In this document: piece by piece, positions 48,289 to 57,783 of the stretch
How the letters are laid out: each line of letters opens with the position of its first letter
Position numbering within the stretch: the first letter of the stretch is position 1
Virus record (IMG/VR): IMGVR_UViG_3300025646_000012
Location: 32,001 to 96,000 of that record
From: a virus
Strand: one strand, 5' to 3'
Length of the DNA: 64,000 bases
Translations under genes and position numbers: made by a program
Notes under the pieces: model-generated
The model's database searches: none
The model's input: only the letters and a program-made list of their open reading frames with translations
Told to the model about the DNA's origin: nothing

Positions 48289-49659
48289 ATGAATATTAAT
48301 CTCGAGCAAACCATTCTAAGAAATCTACTGACCAACGAACCTTACATGCGTAAGGTTCTTCCTTTTGTGAAGCCTGATTATTTTGAGGGAGTGTATCGAC
48401 TTCTCTATAAAGAGATCGGCAAATATGTTGCCAAATATAATAAATTGCCTCGGTTTGAGGAATTTAAAATTGAATTAGATAATAGTGATAAGTTTAATGA
48501 TGAACAATTTCGTCATGCCATGGAAATCATTCCTAATATCTTCACTAAAGAAGATGTAAATGACCAGTGGCTTATAGATACTACAGAAAAGTGGTGTCAG
48601 GACCGTGCGGTCTATAATGCCATTATGGAATCAATTTCCATCATTGATGGTAAACACGAGGCCTTGAGTAAAAATGCGCTACCGGACATTCTTCAAAAGG
48701 CCCTGGCGGTATCGTTTGACACCAACATCGGTCACGACTATATTGAAAACGTTGAACAGCGATACGATTTCTACCATGAGCAAGAAGAAAGAATTCCTTT
48801 TGATCTTGACTATTTTAACAAGATTACGAAGGGAGGTCTACCAAACAAAACTCTTAATATTGCTCTTGCTGGTACTGGGGTTGGTAAATCTCTCTTTATG
48901 TGTCACGTTGCTGCTAATGCCCTAGTTCAAGGTAGAGCGGTACTTTATATTACATTGGAAATGTCCGAGGAAAGAATTGCCGAACGTATTGATGCCAATC
49001 TCTTGGATGTACCTATTGACCAATTGGAAACTCTATCCAAATCAATGCTTAAGGAAAGAGTCTCAAGTATTAGTCGTAAGGGTAATGGTAAACTTATCAT
49101 TAAAGAATATCCTACTGGACAAGCAAATACCTCACACTTCCGTGCTCTACTAAATGAACTCAAACTAAAAAAGAACTTTATCCCAAATATTATCTTTATT
49201 GACTATTTGAATATCTGTGCATCATCACGTATGAAAGGTATGGGAGGATCAATTAATTCCTATACATATATTAAAGCCATTGCCGAGGAAATGAGAGGAC
49301 TTGCAGTTGAATTCAATGTACCGATTGTCTCTGCAACGCAAACGACGCGTTCTGGTTATGCTAACTCGGATCCTGGGCTTGAGGATACGTCCGAGTCTTT
49401 TGGACTACCCGCAACGGCGGACCTAATGTTTGCTCTAGTTTCCAATGATGAACTACAGCAACAAGGTCAGATTATGGTCAAACAACTTAAAAATAGATAT
49501 AACGATCCAAATATGAATAAGCGGTTCGTCATTGGTGTTGATAGAAGTAAAATGCGACTATGTGATGTAAATATGGGTGAACAAACATTAGTTGATGATA
49601 CCCCAGCTTTTGACAAGGGTAATGTAAGTGAACGATTTAAGGATTTTAAAATTGAATGA
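48289..49659 (+). CDS. gp41: replicative DNA helicase
   Basis: 'AGTGVGKS', 'TLEMSEE', 'IKEYPT', 'IDYLNI', 'SATQ..R', 'KQLKNRY'. Confidence 0.96.
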   Translation: MNINLEQTILRNLLTNEPYMRKVLPFVKPDYFEGVYRLLYKEIGKYVAKYNKLPRFEEFKIELDNSDKFNDEQFRHAMEIIPNIFTKEDVNDQWLIDTTEKWCQDRAVYNAIMESISIIDGKHEALSKNALPDILQKALAVSFDTNIGHDYIENVEQRYDFYHEQEERIPFDLDYFNKITKGGLPNKTLNIALAGTGVGKSLFMCHVAANALVQGRAVLYITLEMSEERIAERIDANLLDVPIDQLETLSKSMLKERVSSISRKGNGKLIIKEYPTGQANTSHFRALLNELKLKKNFIPNIIFIDYLNICASSRMKGMGGSINSYTYIKAIAEEMRGLAVEFNVPIVSATQTTRSGYANSDPGLEDTSESFGLPATADLMFALVSNDELQQQGQIMVKQLKNRYNDPNMNKRFVIGVDRSKMRLCDVNMGEQTLVDDTPAFDKGNVSERFKDFKIE

Positions 49660-50435
49660 AAGTATTACTTTATCAATTTCATTTAAATCAAAGTAAATTG
49701 TCTTTTGCTACAAAAGACAAATATATTAATGATTATGGTGAATATTGGAAATTAAGTAGTAATACCTGTAAACTATATGCAGAAAAGTGGGGTTGGGATT
49801 ATATTTTTGATAACCCAACGTCAGAAGAATGGGAACCTTTTTTTATACCAGAACCGCAATTTGAACAATTCCGTTGTATAAAATATCTAAAAGATTATGA
49901 TGCGGTTTTATTTGTTGATAGTGACATTTTAATTAAACCAGATTCACCTAATGTAGTTGAGGAGTATAAAAAGAATAAAACGTCAATAGTAGTAAATACT
50001 TCAATTGGTAATAAACTTTTAGGTGAAAATGATTACTCAGTTATTGGTGTAAATACCGGCGTTGTAATATGGTATAAAGATTCAAATAATATAGCGAACC
50101 TTCCTTATATTAAAAATGACCAGTATTTTGATAATGGTGTATATTCACTTGGTTCTTTTTTAGAATCAAGAGGCAGCATAAAGTGGTGGAAAAATCTAGA
50201 AGATTTTGAGTCATTTATAGGTAAGTTTGAATCTGGGTTTCATAATGATGATAAGTTCTTAACTTTTCTAATATCAATATATAATATTCCAGTAAGTCAT
50301 TTACATTCCAAATATAATTATAGGTTTACAAATAGAACAAATAGTGATATACTATCTGATAACATACACTTTATACATTATATAGCAAATATGAAATCCT
50401 ATATAAAACAGCATTACAATTTAATTATGGTGTAA
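49656..50435 (+). CDS. GT-A glycosyltransferase
   Basis: DxD 'VDSDIL', 'NTGVV', 'FIHY'; AT-rich. Confidence 0.7.
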   Translation: MKVLLYQFHLNQSKLSFATKDKYINDYGEYWKLSSNTCKLYAEKWGWDYIFDNPTSEEWEPFFIPEPQFEQFRCIKYLKDYDAVLFVDSDILIKPDSPNVVEEYKKNKTSIVVNTSIGNKLLGENDYSVIGVNTGVVIWYKDSNNIANLPYIKNDQYFDNGVYSLGSFLESRGSIKWWKNLEDFESFIGKFESGFHNDDKFLTFLISIYNIPVSHLHSKYNYRFTNRTNSDILSDNIHFIHYIANMKSYIKQHYNLIMV

Positions 50436-50437
50436 TA

Positions 50438-51154
50438 ATGTCTAAAGTATTAGTGTGTCAGTGTTATATTATACCAGACAATTATAATTCTAATCATTAT
50501 GAATATTCTTTTGAAAGTGTAAAAAGATATTGTGATAAATTTGGTTTTGATTACCATAATGAATTATATGAATCTAAAAATTATAAACCTTTTGCTTTAA
50601 ATAACTTTTATTTTGAAAGATATAAATTTGTTGAAAAACTAGAAGAATATGATCACGTACTTTATTTAGATAGTGATATTATAGTAAATAATTTTAATAA
50701 AAATATAATTGATGAATATAAGGATAAATTGGGGCTAGGTGTAAATTATTCAATAGTAAATGATTATCTTGAAATAGATTCTTATAAATTTAATAGGCCA
50801 CTAAATTCAGGTGTTCTTTTATTTAATAGGAAAACCAATAATCATATGTTCCCTTTGCATAAATGGCCGAATACTTTTTATGATAAAACTCCTTGGTATA
50901 AATCATTAGATCAATATTCTCATCTTACTTATAGATGGCATAATAAATATCATCTTATTGATGATGAACCTATGTTGGCAAGACTAATACCTATTATGCA
51001 AATACCAAGTTTTCATATAGATTATGAATGGAATACTTTTGCTACAAATAGAGATTTACATTCTTTAAAAAATTCATACTTTTTACATTACGGTATGAGT
51101 GAAGGTAAAAAACAACTTATTAAAAATCATTACAATTTAATTATGGAGCAATAA
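50438..51154 (+). CDS. GT-A glycosyltransferase (paralog of previous)
   Basis: 'LDSDII', 'NSGVLLF', 'DE', 'FLHY'; same HYNLIM end. Confidence 0.7.
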   Translation: MSKVLVCQCYIIPDNYNSNHYEYSFESVKRYCDKFGFDYHNELYESKNYKPFALNNFYFERYKFVEKLEEYDHVLYLDSDIIVNNFNKNIIDEYKDKLGLGVNYSIVNDYLEIDSYKFNRPLNSGVLLFNRKTNNHMFPLHKWPNTFYDKTPWYKSLDQYSHLTYRWHNKYHLIDDEPMLARLIPIMQIPSFHIDYEWNTFATNRDLHSLKNSYFLHYGMSEGKKQLIKNHYNLIMEQ

Positions 51155-51155
51155 A

Positions 51156-51398
51156 ATGGCTAAAGGTAAAAAATCCAGCGGTAAAAACTACACATCAAAG
51201 GCTGAGCGTAAAAGTTCAATTAGTACAAAAATTAAAGATCCCGCGCTTACATTGCTTCGTAAAATGGATGCACTCAGTAAAGGCAAGGATGTTTGGTTTA
51301 CTATTGATAATCCAAATAAGAATGAAACTAATAAGCGGAAGATTCGTGTGAAACGTAGCGGTCGTGAATGGCTTAAGAGATTGGAAGGTAAAGTATAA
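51156..51398 (+). CDS. small basic protein
   Basis: GGAG SD; Lys/Arg-rich, 'NPNKNETNKR.I.V'. Confidence 0.7.
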   Translation: MAKGKKSSGKNYTSKAERKSSISTKIKDPALTLLRKMDALSKGKDVWFTIDNPNKNETNKRKIRVKRSGREWLKRLEGKV

Positions 51399-52063
51399 TG
51401 AAAGCTCGTCTAGTTGGATATACACAACCCGCAGAAGAATTTGAGGATGATTTTAGCAATGTCCAAGATCTCATCGCGTATTGCGCCCGTGTCTCCAATC
51501 CATCGAACCAACTTAACACGGAGACAGGTGAGAAACTCATTCGATACCTCGTTAAACACAAGCACTGGTCTCCACTCGAGATGGCAAGCGCAACGATCGA
51601 AGTCGAAACGACCAGAGACATCGCAAGGCAATTCCTTCGCCATCGGTCTTTTAGTTTTCAAGAGTTTAGCCAGCGTTATGCTGATCCTACTTCTGATCTC
51701 GATTTTGTTCTGAGAGAAGCTCGTCTACAAGATCAAAAGAATCGTCAGAACTCAATTGAAACTGATGATCGCGAATTAAAAATGTATTGGGAAATTAAGC
51801 AGCAAATGGTTATTAATGCTGCTAAGGAAGCTTACAAGTGGGCCATAGATAATGGTATTGCTAAAGAACAAGCACGAGTAATTCTTCCAGAAGGTAATAC
51901 GCTTTCAAGACTCTATGTGAATGGAACTCTTCGTTCATGGGTTCATTATATTGAGCTGCGCTCTGGTAACGGAACGCAAAAAGAACACATTGATCTGGCT
52001 CGAGCATGTGCTGAAGCCATTACAAAGATTTTTCCGATGATTGAGGAATTTGTACATGACTGA
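51398..52063 (+). CDS. thyX: flavin-dependent thymidylate synthase
   Basis: 'ARVS', 'HWSP.E', 'RHRSFSFQEFSQRY', 'KEQAR..LP'. Confidence 0.95.
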   Translation: MKARLVGYTQPAEEFEDDFSNVQDLIAYCARVSNPSNQLNTETGEKLIRYLVKHKHWSPLEMASATIEVETTRDIARQFLRHRSFSFQEFSQRYADPTSDLDFVLREARLQDQKNRQNSIETDDRELKMYWEIKQQMVINAAKEAYKWAIDNGIAKEQARVILPEGNTLSRLYVNGTLRSWVHYIELRSGNGTQKEHIDLARACAEAITKIFPMIEEFVHD

Positions 52064-52733
52064 AGTAGTTATTCGTAATAAAAATCTTTTAAATAAATTA
52101 AATGCATTTGTTGATGAATTTTTTTCAATTGATGGATATAACAATAATTCTTATCATACCTATGATGGGGAAAAAGCATTAACTGATCCTGAATACTATT
52201 GTGACCGAGAATGGCTTGATCAGATGTTGTTAAATTGGAAAACTCATAGTGGATTTCCTGAGCAACATTTTTCACAACCAATTTCACGTATGGCTACAGC
52301 AAATCCTGAAAAGTTTTTAGGATTACGGAATAAAGTAAGACAAGATTTTACTACAGAAATTGGTGCTACACACGCAGCACTTTCAAATTATTATCCACCT
52401 AAGGGTTTTGTAGGTTGGCATACAAATTGGAATGCCAATTGTTATCAGATTCTTTTTACTTGGTCTAAAACAGGTAATGGTTACTTTAAATATTATGATA
52501 AACAAAATAATAAAATTGTAACTATTCAAGATGTACCAGGATGGCAATGCCGACATTTTTATTTTGGTCGTAAGGATGAACCAGAGCACCATTGTTGGCA
52601 TGCTGCATATGCAGGAGAGGATCGTATTACACTAGCATATAAGTTTGCAAATAATAGTCTTAAAGATCCAATGGATGTAAATGCACGGATGCTAAGAGAC
52701 CAGTTAATTGAGGAAATTGAATCGGAGGAATAA
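52056..52733 (+). CDS. 2OG-Fe(II) oxygenase-like (DSBH) protein
   Basis: 'YPP.GF.GWH.N', distal 'WH', 'R.TL'. Confidence 0.55.
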   Translation: MTEVVIRNKNLLNKLNAFVDEFFSIDGYNNNSYHTYDGEKALTDPEYYCDREWLDQMLLNWKTHSGFPEQHFSQPISRMATANPEKFLGLRNKVRQDFTTEIGATHAALSNYYPPKGFVGWHTNWNANCYQILFTWSKTGNGYFKYYDKQNNKIVTIQDVPGWQCRHFYFGRKDEPEHHCWHAAYAGEDRITLAYKFANNSLKDPMDVNARMLRDQLIEEIESEE

Positions 52734-52735
52734 AC

Positions 52736-52951
52736 ATGGGTAAAAAGATATCTACATACTATTCTGATTTTGGAAAGGGTTATTGTGAACTTCATGTAGA
52801 TTATAAACAAGAAATGTTTTATCTTAAATATTTTGACAACAACGGTAAACAATTTTTTGTAGAAGATTTTCCTAATAAATCCATGCGATATGTAGAAGAT
52901 GCAGCAGAGAACTGGGCACTTGGTATTAAGAAACTCGAGGATATAGAATAA
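52736..52951 (+). CDS. hypothetical protein
   Basis: GGAGG SD; 'S..YVEDAAENW' motif. Confidence 0.7.
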   Translation: MGKKISTYYSDFGKGYCELHVDYKQEMFYLKYFDNNGKQFFVEDFPNKSMRYVEDAAENWALGIKKLEDIE

Positions 52952-52961
52952 TCTAAATATA

Positions 52962-53294
52962 ATGTCGATGTATGATAAGCTTCGAAGAGATATAAGAATT
53001 AGTAAAGGGTACACTGATAGTAATCCTTGGGTACCAGATTGGGCATCAGGAGAAAGTTCAATGTTTACAATTGAAATGGAGGATGATGAATCCTTAATTA
53101 CCATTTTGGATGATACAGGAGAATTGGATGACGTTTCAATTCTCCTGTATGATGATTATTGTCATATTCGACAGTGGAATGAAAAAAAACAATTTTGGGA
53201 AATAGTTACTCTTACATCTACAATGTATCTTGAACTTATGAAAGCTTGGAATCTACCACAAGGAACTTATAAAATTGTTAAAACAGATGGATAG
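52962..53294 (+). CDS. hypothetical protein
   Basis: Open frame in co-directional run; start uncertain. Confidence 0.6.
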   Translation: MSMYDKLRRDIRISKGYTDSNPWVPDWASGESSMFTIEMEDDESLITILDDTGELDDVSILLYDDYCHIRQWNEKKQFWEIVTLTSTMYLELMKAWNLPQGTYKIVKTDG

Positions 53295-53784
53295 CGATTT
53301 TTTCTATAAAGTAAAAATAAAAGAACATGAATTTATTAAGGAATGGTTTCTTAGTGAATATGATGATTATATAAAACAACTTCCTATGAAACCTTCCAAA
53401 ACTGATTATCAATTAAATATTAAAAGAAAATCGCCTTATTCAGATGAATGGAATCGTCTCATTCGACCTTACATAAAAGATTTTTGTAAAATTTTTGGAG
53501 TTGAAAATTATAAACTCCAATCATGGTTTGCACAGTATGATACAAATGTAGATCACCATTGGCATATCCATTCTGGATCACATTTCGGTGTAGTGTATTA
53601 TATGGAATTACCTTATAATGAAAATAGTACAGAATTTTGGAAAAAAAATTTTCCCGCGGATGAAGGTGAAATGGTTTTCTTTCCTTCATGGTGGATTCAT
53701 AGATCCACCCCCAATCTATACGATAAAAGAAAAACAGTAATTGCAGGTAATTTAACTTTTAAAAATCATGCTTTTCTTCCATGA
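53287..53784 (+). CDS. 2OG-Fe(II) oxygenase
   Basis: 'H.WH.H', 'VYY', 'EG..VFFPSW..H...N...R..IAGN'. Confidence 0.75.
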   Translation: MDSDFFYKVKIKEHEFIKEWFLSEYDDYIKQLPMKPSKTDYQLNIKRKSPYSDEWNRLIRPYIKDFCKIFGVENYKLQSWFAQYDTNVDHHWHIHSGSHFGVVYYMELPYNENSTEFWKKNFPADEGEMVFFPSWWIHRSTPNLYDKRKTVIAGNLTFKNHAFLP

Positions 53785-54541
53785 AATAAAACAAATAGAG
53801 ATTAATCCGACAGAATTATGCAATCTTCAATGTGTATTTTGTCCTAGATCACTATCATATCCTAATTTAAATGAACATATGTCCCTTGATGTTGCAAAAG
53901 AAATCAGGGATCAAATGGTATCAGCTAAATTTTCTGGAGTATTATCAATAACTGGTAGAGGTGAACCTACATTACACCCACAGTTTGAAGAATATGTTTC
54001 CATATTTGTAGGTTACAATTGGAAATTAAAAATGCATACTAATGGTAAAAGATTTAAGCAATATGAATCTTTTATTTTAAAGCATTTTCATGATATTCAT
54101 TATAATTGCTATGATTGTAATCCACAGGATATTTATGATAAGTATGGATATTATAAAAATATAAAGATTATAGCTAAAGATTTAAATGAATGGTTTCCGA
54201 ATGCTACAAATAGAGCAGGATCATTTCCTACCAATAAATATCCAGAAGATGAACGATGTGATGTAATATTCCATAAAATGTTTATTGACATTGATGGAAC
54301 ATATAGATTATGTTGTGAAGATTGGAAAGAAAAAATATCTCTTGGTAATATCTACGAACAAAGTATAGTAGATTATATTGAAGATAATGAACAATTACAC
54401 AAATATCGTAAAAGATTAGTCAATGGTAACAGAGATTTATTACCTTGTATTTCTTGTAACTATAATATAAGTTGTGACAAATATAATAGAAAACAAGATT
54501 TACAAAAATATTCAAAATTAGTAGAAATAAGGGACCTATAA
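53768..54541 (+). CDS. radical SAM protein with SPASM/twitch domain
   Basis: CNLQCVFC, 'GRGEPTLHP', 'NRAGS', 'LCCEDW...LGNI...PC..C'; paralog of 30293-31117. Confidence 0.85.
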   Translation: MLFFHEIKQIEINPTELCNLQCVFCPRSLSYPNLNEHMSLDVAKEIRDQMVSAKFSGVLSITGRGEPTLHPQFEEYVSIFVGYNWKLKMHTNGKRFKQYESFILKHFHDIHYNCYDCNPQDIYDKYGYYKNIKIIAKDLNEWFPNATNRAGSFPTNKYPEDERCDVIFHKMFIDIDGTYRLCCEDWKEKISLGNIYEQSIVDYIEDNEQLHKYRKRLVNGNRDLLPCISCNYNISCDKYNRKQDLQKYSKLVEIRDL

Positions 54542-54557
54542 CGGTCCCTTATTTTTT
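54525..54557. terminator. bidirectional terminator
   Basis: AAATAAGGGACC-tataac-GGTCCCTTATTT between convergent genes. Confidence 0.8.
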
Positions 54558-54562
54558 AAATA

Positions 54563-54898
54563 TTATTCAGATGAATTTCTCTTATTAAGAGCATCAGCAC
54601 CAAAGAATGCAGAAACTAGAACTGCAATTGATGCAAAATAAGTTGGAGCAATATCAGCAATAAGTTGTGCTGCAGTATCCAAACCTAATAAAGATGTAAC
54701 AGCAATACCAATTGGATAAATCAATAAACCTATTAAAGCAAACCATGCCATCTTACGAATGGCATCTCTTTGAGCGTCTTTATCTTCTAAAGCTTTTCTT
54801 TTAAACTCTAAATGCATCGCCATCTCTTCTTTTGAGATGTGACCGTCACCATTTAGGTCGATACCTTCGACCGCTTCTTCATCTATAGTTTTTACCAT
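54563..54898 (-). CDS. EF-hand plus two-TM membrane protein (holin-like?)
   Basis: 'DLNGDGHISKEE' canonical EF-hand loop, two hydrophobic helices; GGAG SD. Confidence 0.65.
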   Translation of the reverse strand: MVKTIDEEAVEGIDLNGDGHISKEEMAMHLEFKRKALEDKDAQRDAIRKMAWFALIGLLIYPIGIAVTSLLGLDTAAQLIADIAPTYFASIAVLVSAFFGADALNKRNSSE

Positions 54899-54962
54899 AA
54901 TTCTCTCCTATACTGAACTTAACAAAGTCATTATATAGGAATCACTTAACTCAGAGTATATA

Positions 54963-54970
54963 TATAAATA
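54963..54970 (+). promoter_or_regulatory. T4-type late promoter TATAAATA
   Basis: Exact motif heading the 55035-58863 operon. Confidence 0.7.
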
Positions 54971-55034
54971 GTAAAACGACTCGAATATTCTTTATATTAT
55001 GCAATTAAAATTCTATAGTATAAAGGTATATTAT

Positions 55035-55610
55035 ATGCTAAGATCTATTATTATTCTTATAGCATTATTTGTTTCCACAGCAGTATACGCACAAAACACT
55101 CCAGAATGCCCTGCAGGGTTTATATGTACTGAATCAAATACTAATAGTAATGTTAATACTACTGGTAATATGGAAACAACAGTGAATTCTCCCCCACCAT
55201 CTGCAATTGCTCCTAATATTAATACATCAAACTCTGATATTTGTACCGTTGGTGTTTCTGGTGCCGTACAAACACAAATTTTAGGTTTGGCAGCAGGAGC
55301 TACAGTTCGTGATATGAACTGTGAAAGATTAAAATTAGCAAAGACTATGTTTGACATGGGTATGAAAGTTGCTGCCGTTTCTGTTATGTGTCAGGATGAA
55401 AGAATCTTCCAGGCTATGATTGATGCTGGAACACCTTGTCCATATGAAGGTTTAATTGGTTCACAAGCAAGAGATGCATGGGAAGCAGATCCAGATAGAA
55501 TACCTGGCTCTGAAAGTAATCAAAGATTGGATTTAGAACTTGACGATACTCAAAAGAAGTGGCTTGGTGGTGGCGCTGTTGGCAGCCTCCTCCTCTTATT
55601 GCTACTCTGA
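55035..55610 (+). CDS. exported Cys-containing protein with beta-hairpin and C-terminal membrane anchor
   Basis: Signal peptide (VYA|Q), six Cys, C-hairpin-C-helix, C-terminal LLLLLLL; start ATG 55035 after AAAGGT. Confidence 0.7.
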   Translation: MLRSIIILIALFVSTAVYAQNTPECPAGFICTESNTNSNVNTTGNMETTVNSPPPSAIAPNINTSNSDICTVGVSGAVQTQILGLAAGATVRDMNCERLKLAKTMFDMGMKVAAVSVMCQDERIFQAMIDAGTPCPYEGLIGSQARDAWEADPDRIPGSESNQRLDLELDDTQKKWLGGGAVGSLLLLLLL

Positions 55611-56451
55611 AGTTATAAACGGATTAAGTAATAATGCTGCTCAAAATGGCTTGAGTTGGCAAATGACTCCTTTATTACCACCGGAAACAGGATTAACGGT
55701 TGGTGGTGTATTTTATCGTTATACAATTGAAAAGGATCCCACCACAGATTCACAGGTCCATATTCAAAATCAAGATGCAATAAATGGTGGGCTATTATAT
55801 CGTAATACAGATGATTGGTCTGGTCTTCCTGGTAATACCATTATTAATAGATTTAACTTACCGGATATACCATTAGAATATTTTGGTACCGGATCTATTG
55901 AAGTTGAAGGCGATGGAGTTATAAAGGATCCAGTAATAATTTATTCATATACTTATGATACGTGCGATAATCCTATATCAGATCCATCTTGCCCTGGTTA
56001 TTCTTTAGCAATGTATCAATATTTACTTGATAACGGTTTATTGAACGAAGCATCAATATGGAATCCTCTTGATGATGAATTTGTACAAGCAGCCCTAAAT
56101 AGAAATGTTGATCGAGATGATGAAGAAAGTGATGATACAGAAAAAAAGGACGAAGATGAAGATGAAGAAATTGATTTACAAGAGGCATTAGCTGCTGCTG
56201 ATAATGCAATTGCAATTGGAGAAGGTGCTGTGGATTTGGCATCATTAGCAGCAACTGCAAATATGAATCAATTTAATGCATATTTACAAATGATCATTCC
56301 TGGTGGAGTATATAATGATAGATTACAATTTGAACCTAAGGAAATACCAGAGAATAGACAGGCATTGAGAGTAGGACTTGCTCAGCAATTATTACATGAA
56401 CAAATGGTTGACTCTCAATATCAACTTGGTTATGCTAATACCAATGACTAA
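55540..56451 (+). CDS. exported protein, beta-rich N-domain plus acidic linker (putative adhesin)
   Basis: Signal-peptide-like N-terminus, 'C.NP..DP.CPGY' motif, acidic linker; TTG start. Confidence 0.65.
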   Translation: MTILKRSGLVVALLAASSSYCYSEVINGLSNNAAQNGLSWQMTPLLPPETGLTVGGVFYRYTIEKDPTTDSQVHIQNQDAINGGLLYRNTDDWSGLPGNTIINRFNLPDIPLEYFGTGSIEVEGDGVIKDPVIIYSYTYDTCDNPISDPSCPGYSLAMYQYLLDNGLLNEASIWNPLDDEFVQAALNRNVDRDDEESDDTEKKDEDEDEEIDLQEALAAADNAIAIGEGAVDLASLAATANMNQFNAYLQMIIPGGVYNDRLQFEPKEIPENRQALRVGLAQQLLHEQMVDSQYQLGYANTND

Positions 56452-56472
56452 TAACATTTTGGAGAAAAAGAA

Positions 56473-56973
56473 ATGTTTAAACCAATAACTTTTGCACTAG
56501 CACTTATTCTAACAAGTACTACTGCATACGCAACAACAACACCAATCGTAGGTACTGTGCAATCTAAATGTACGATTGTCACTACCAGAACTGGTGTTTA
56601 TGCACAACCAACCCCAGATGAATTAACTACGGCTGCTGCTGACGGAGGTAGAACTCCCATTATACGTGTCGATGTGTCACTTGCAAATTACTATACTGCA
56701 AAATTCTATACACCAACTGAGTTTTCATCGAGCCCAAGTTTAACCGATACGGTTACATGGACTGGTTCGGTATCAGTATCATCAGTATCAGCACCAGGAA
56801 TGTCTGACTATGATACAAATAAAATTACATATAATAACGTATCTGAATATGATCTTCACACAGCAGGTTCAACTTGGTTTGAAATAGAATCATCAGCAAC
56901 ATATGGTGTTGATAAATCATTTCCTGGTGGTAACTATACTGCCGTTGTAACAGCAGAATGTATTGCCAATTAA
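56473..56973 (+). CDS. fimbrial pilin-like exported protein
   Basis: Signal peptide (AYA|T), N-terminal 'IVGTVQSKCTI', C-terminal 'GNYTAVVTAEC', beta-rich; strong GGAG SD. Confidence 0.6.
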   Translation: MFKPITFALALILTSTTAYATTTPIVGTVQSKCTIVTTRTGVYAQPTPDELTTAAADGGRTPIIRVDVSLANYYTAKFYTPTEFSSSPSLTDTVTWTGSVSVSSVSAPGMSDYDTNKITYNNVSEYDLHTAGSTWFEIESSATYGVDKSFPGGNYTAVVTAECIAN

Positions 56974-56982
56974 GGAAAACTG

Positions 56983-57357
56983 ATGAAACATATTATTAGT
57001 GCTTTGATATTTGGGTTAGCTTGTGGGTCGGTATCGGCTCACGAGCTAACACCTACCTACCCAGAATTTCGTCCATCTTTTATGGATGGCATATCTGTAA
57101 CATCTTTGGAATTATATAACGCCAGAGAAGAAATAGAATTTTATAGAATTAGTGTATATACAGAAAATTGGAATAGAATACCTTTTGCTACAAAAAATTC
57201 TACAATTAGGATTTTACATAATCAAAGACAAATATTTGATGTTTACATTAAAGATAGTGATTTAGATAAAGTCGAATATATTTGCACCGATTCACGTAAT
57301 TTACAAAATGGTGATAGTACTACAATTACATCTAGAGTTTGTTCAAGAGTAAGATGA
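56983..57357 (+). CDS. PapD-N-like periplasmic chaperone (single domain)
   Basis: Signal peptide (VSA|H), 'LTP...SLELYN...YRISV...PFA...RI...Q..F.V' resembles the PapD N-domain; C-terminal Cys pair. Confidence 0.55.
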   Translation: MKHIISALIFGLACGSVSAHELTPTYPEFRPSFMDGISVTSLELYNAREEIEFYRISVYTENWNRIPFATKNSTIRILHNQRQIFDVYIKDSDLDKVEYICTDSRNLQNGDSTTITSRVCSRVR

Positions 57358-57365
57358 GATGAGTT

Positions 57366-57776
57366 ATGAAATTATTATATGCAATACCATTTATATTTGT
57401 TGGTAGTATAGCGTTTGCACAAAGTAATACTTTAGGATTAGCATTACCAAGTGCTCCACAAAACTATCAAAGTGATAGTGTTAGATCTGGTGATCTTGAT
57501 TGCTCTAATGCAATTGGTGCGGCTACAAATTTGGAATTTGGTGTGACTGGATTAATTGATAATGGACAATATGATTCATTTAATAATTATATAAACGGAC
57601 CATCGGTAGGAAGTGTTGGTGTATATGCTAGAATTACCATACCTATTGGCGGACCAAAAGAAAGAGTAAATTGTAATGATCTTTATGAGCTGGAACTTCA
57701 GCGCAAGCGACTTGAAATAATGAGACTTGAAGCAGAACTACAACAACTAAGAGAATTGCAATTCACAACAGAATAG
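57366..57776 (+). CDS. exported beta-hairpin plus coiled-coil protein
   Basis: Signal peptide (AFA|Q), amphipathic strands 'LEFGVTG' and 'VGVYARITIPI' between two Cys, heptad C-terminus. Confidence 0.65.
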   Translation: MKLLYAIPFIFVGSIAFAQSNTLGLALPSAPQNYQSDSVRSGDLDCSNAIGAATNLEFGVTGLIDNGQYDSFNNYINGPSVGSVGVYARITIPIGGPKERVNCNDLYELELQRKRLEIMRLEAELQQLRELQFTTE

Positions 57777-57783
57777 GTAAAAA

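Noticed and set aside
52559-53104. 181-aa minus-strand ORF
   Set aside because: Antisense to three plus-strand genes in a co-directional run; no recognisable motifs.
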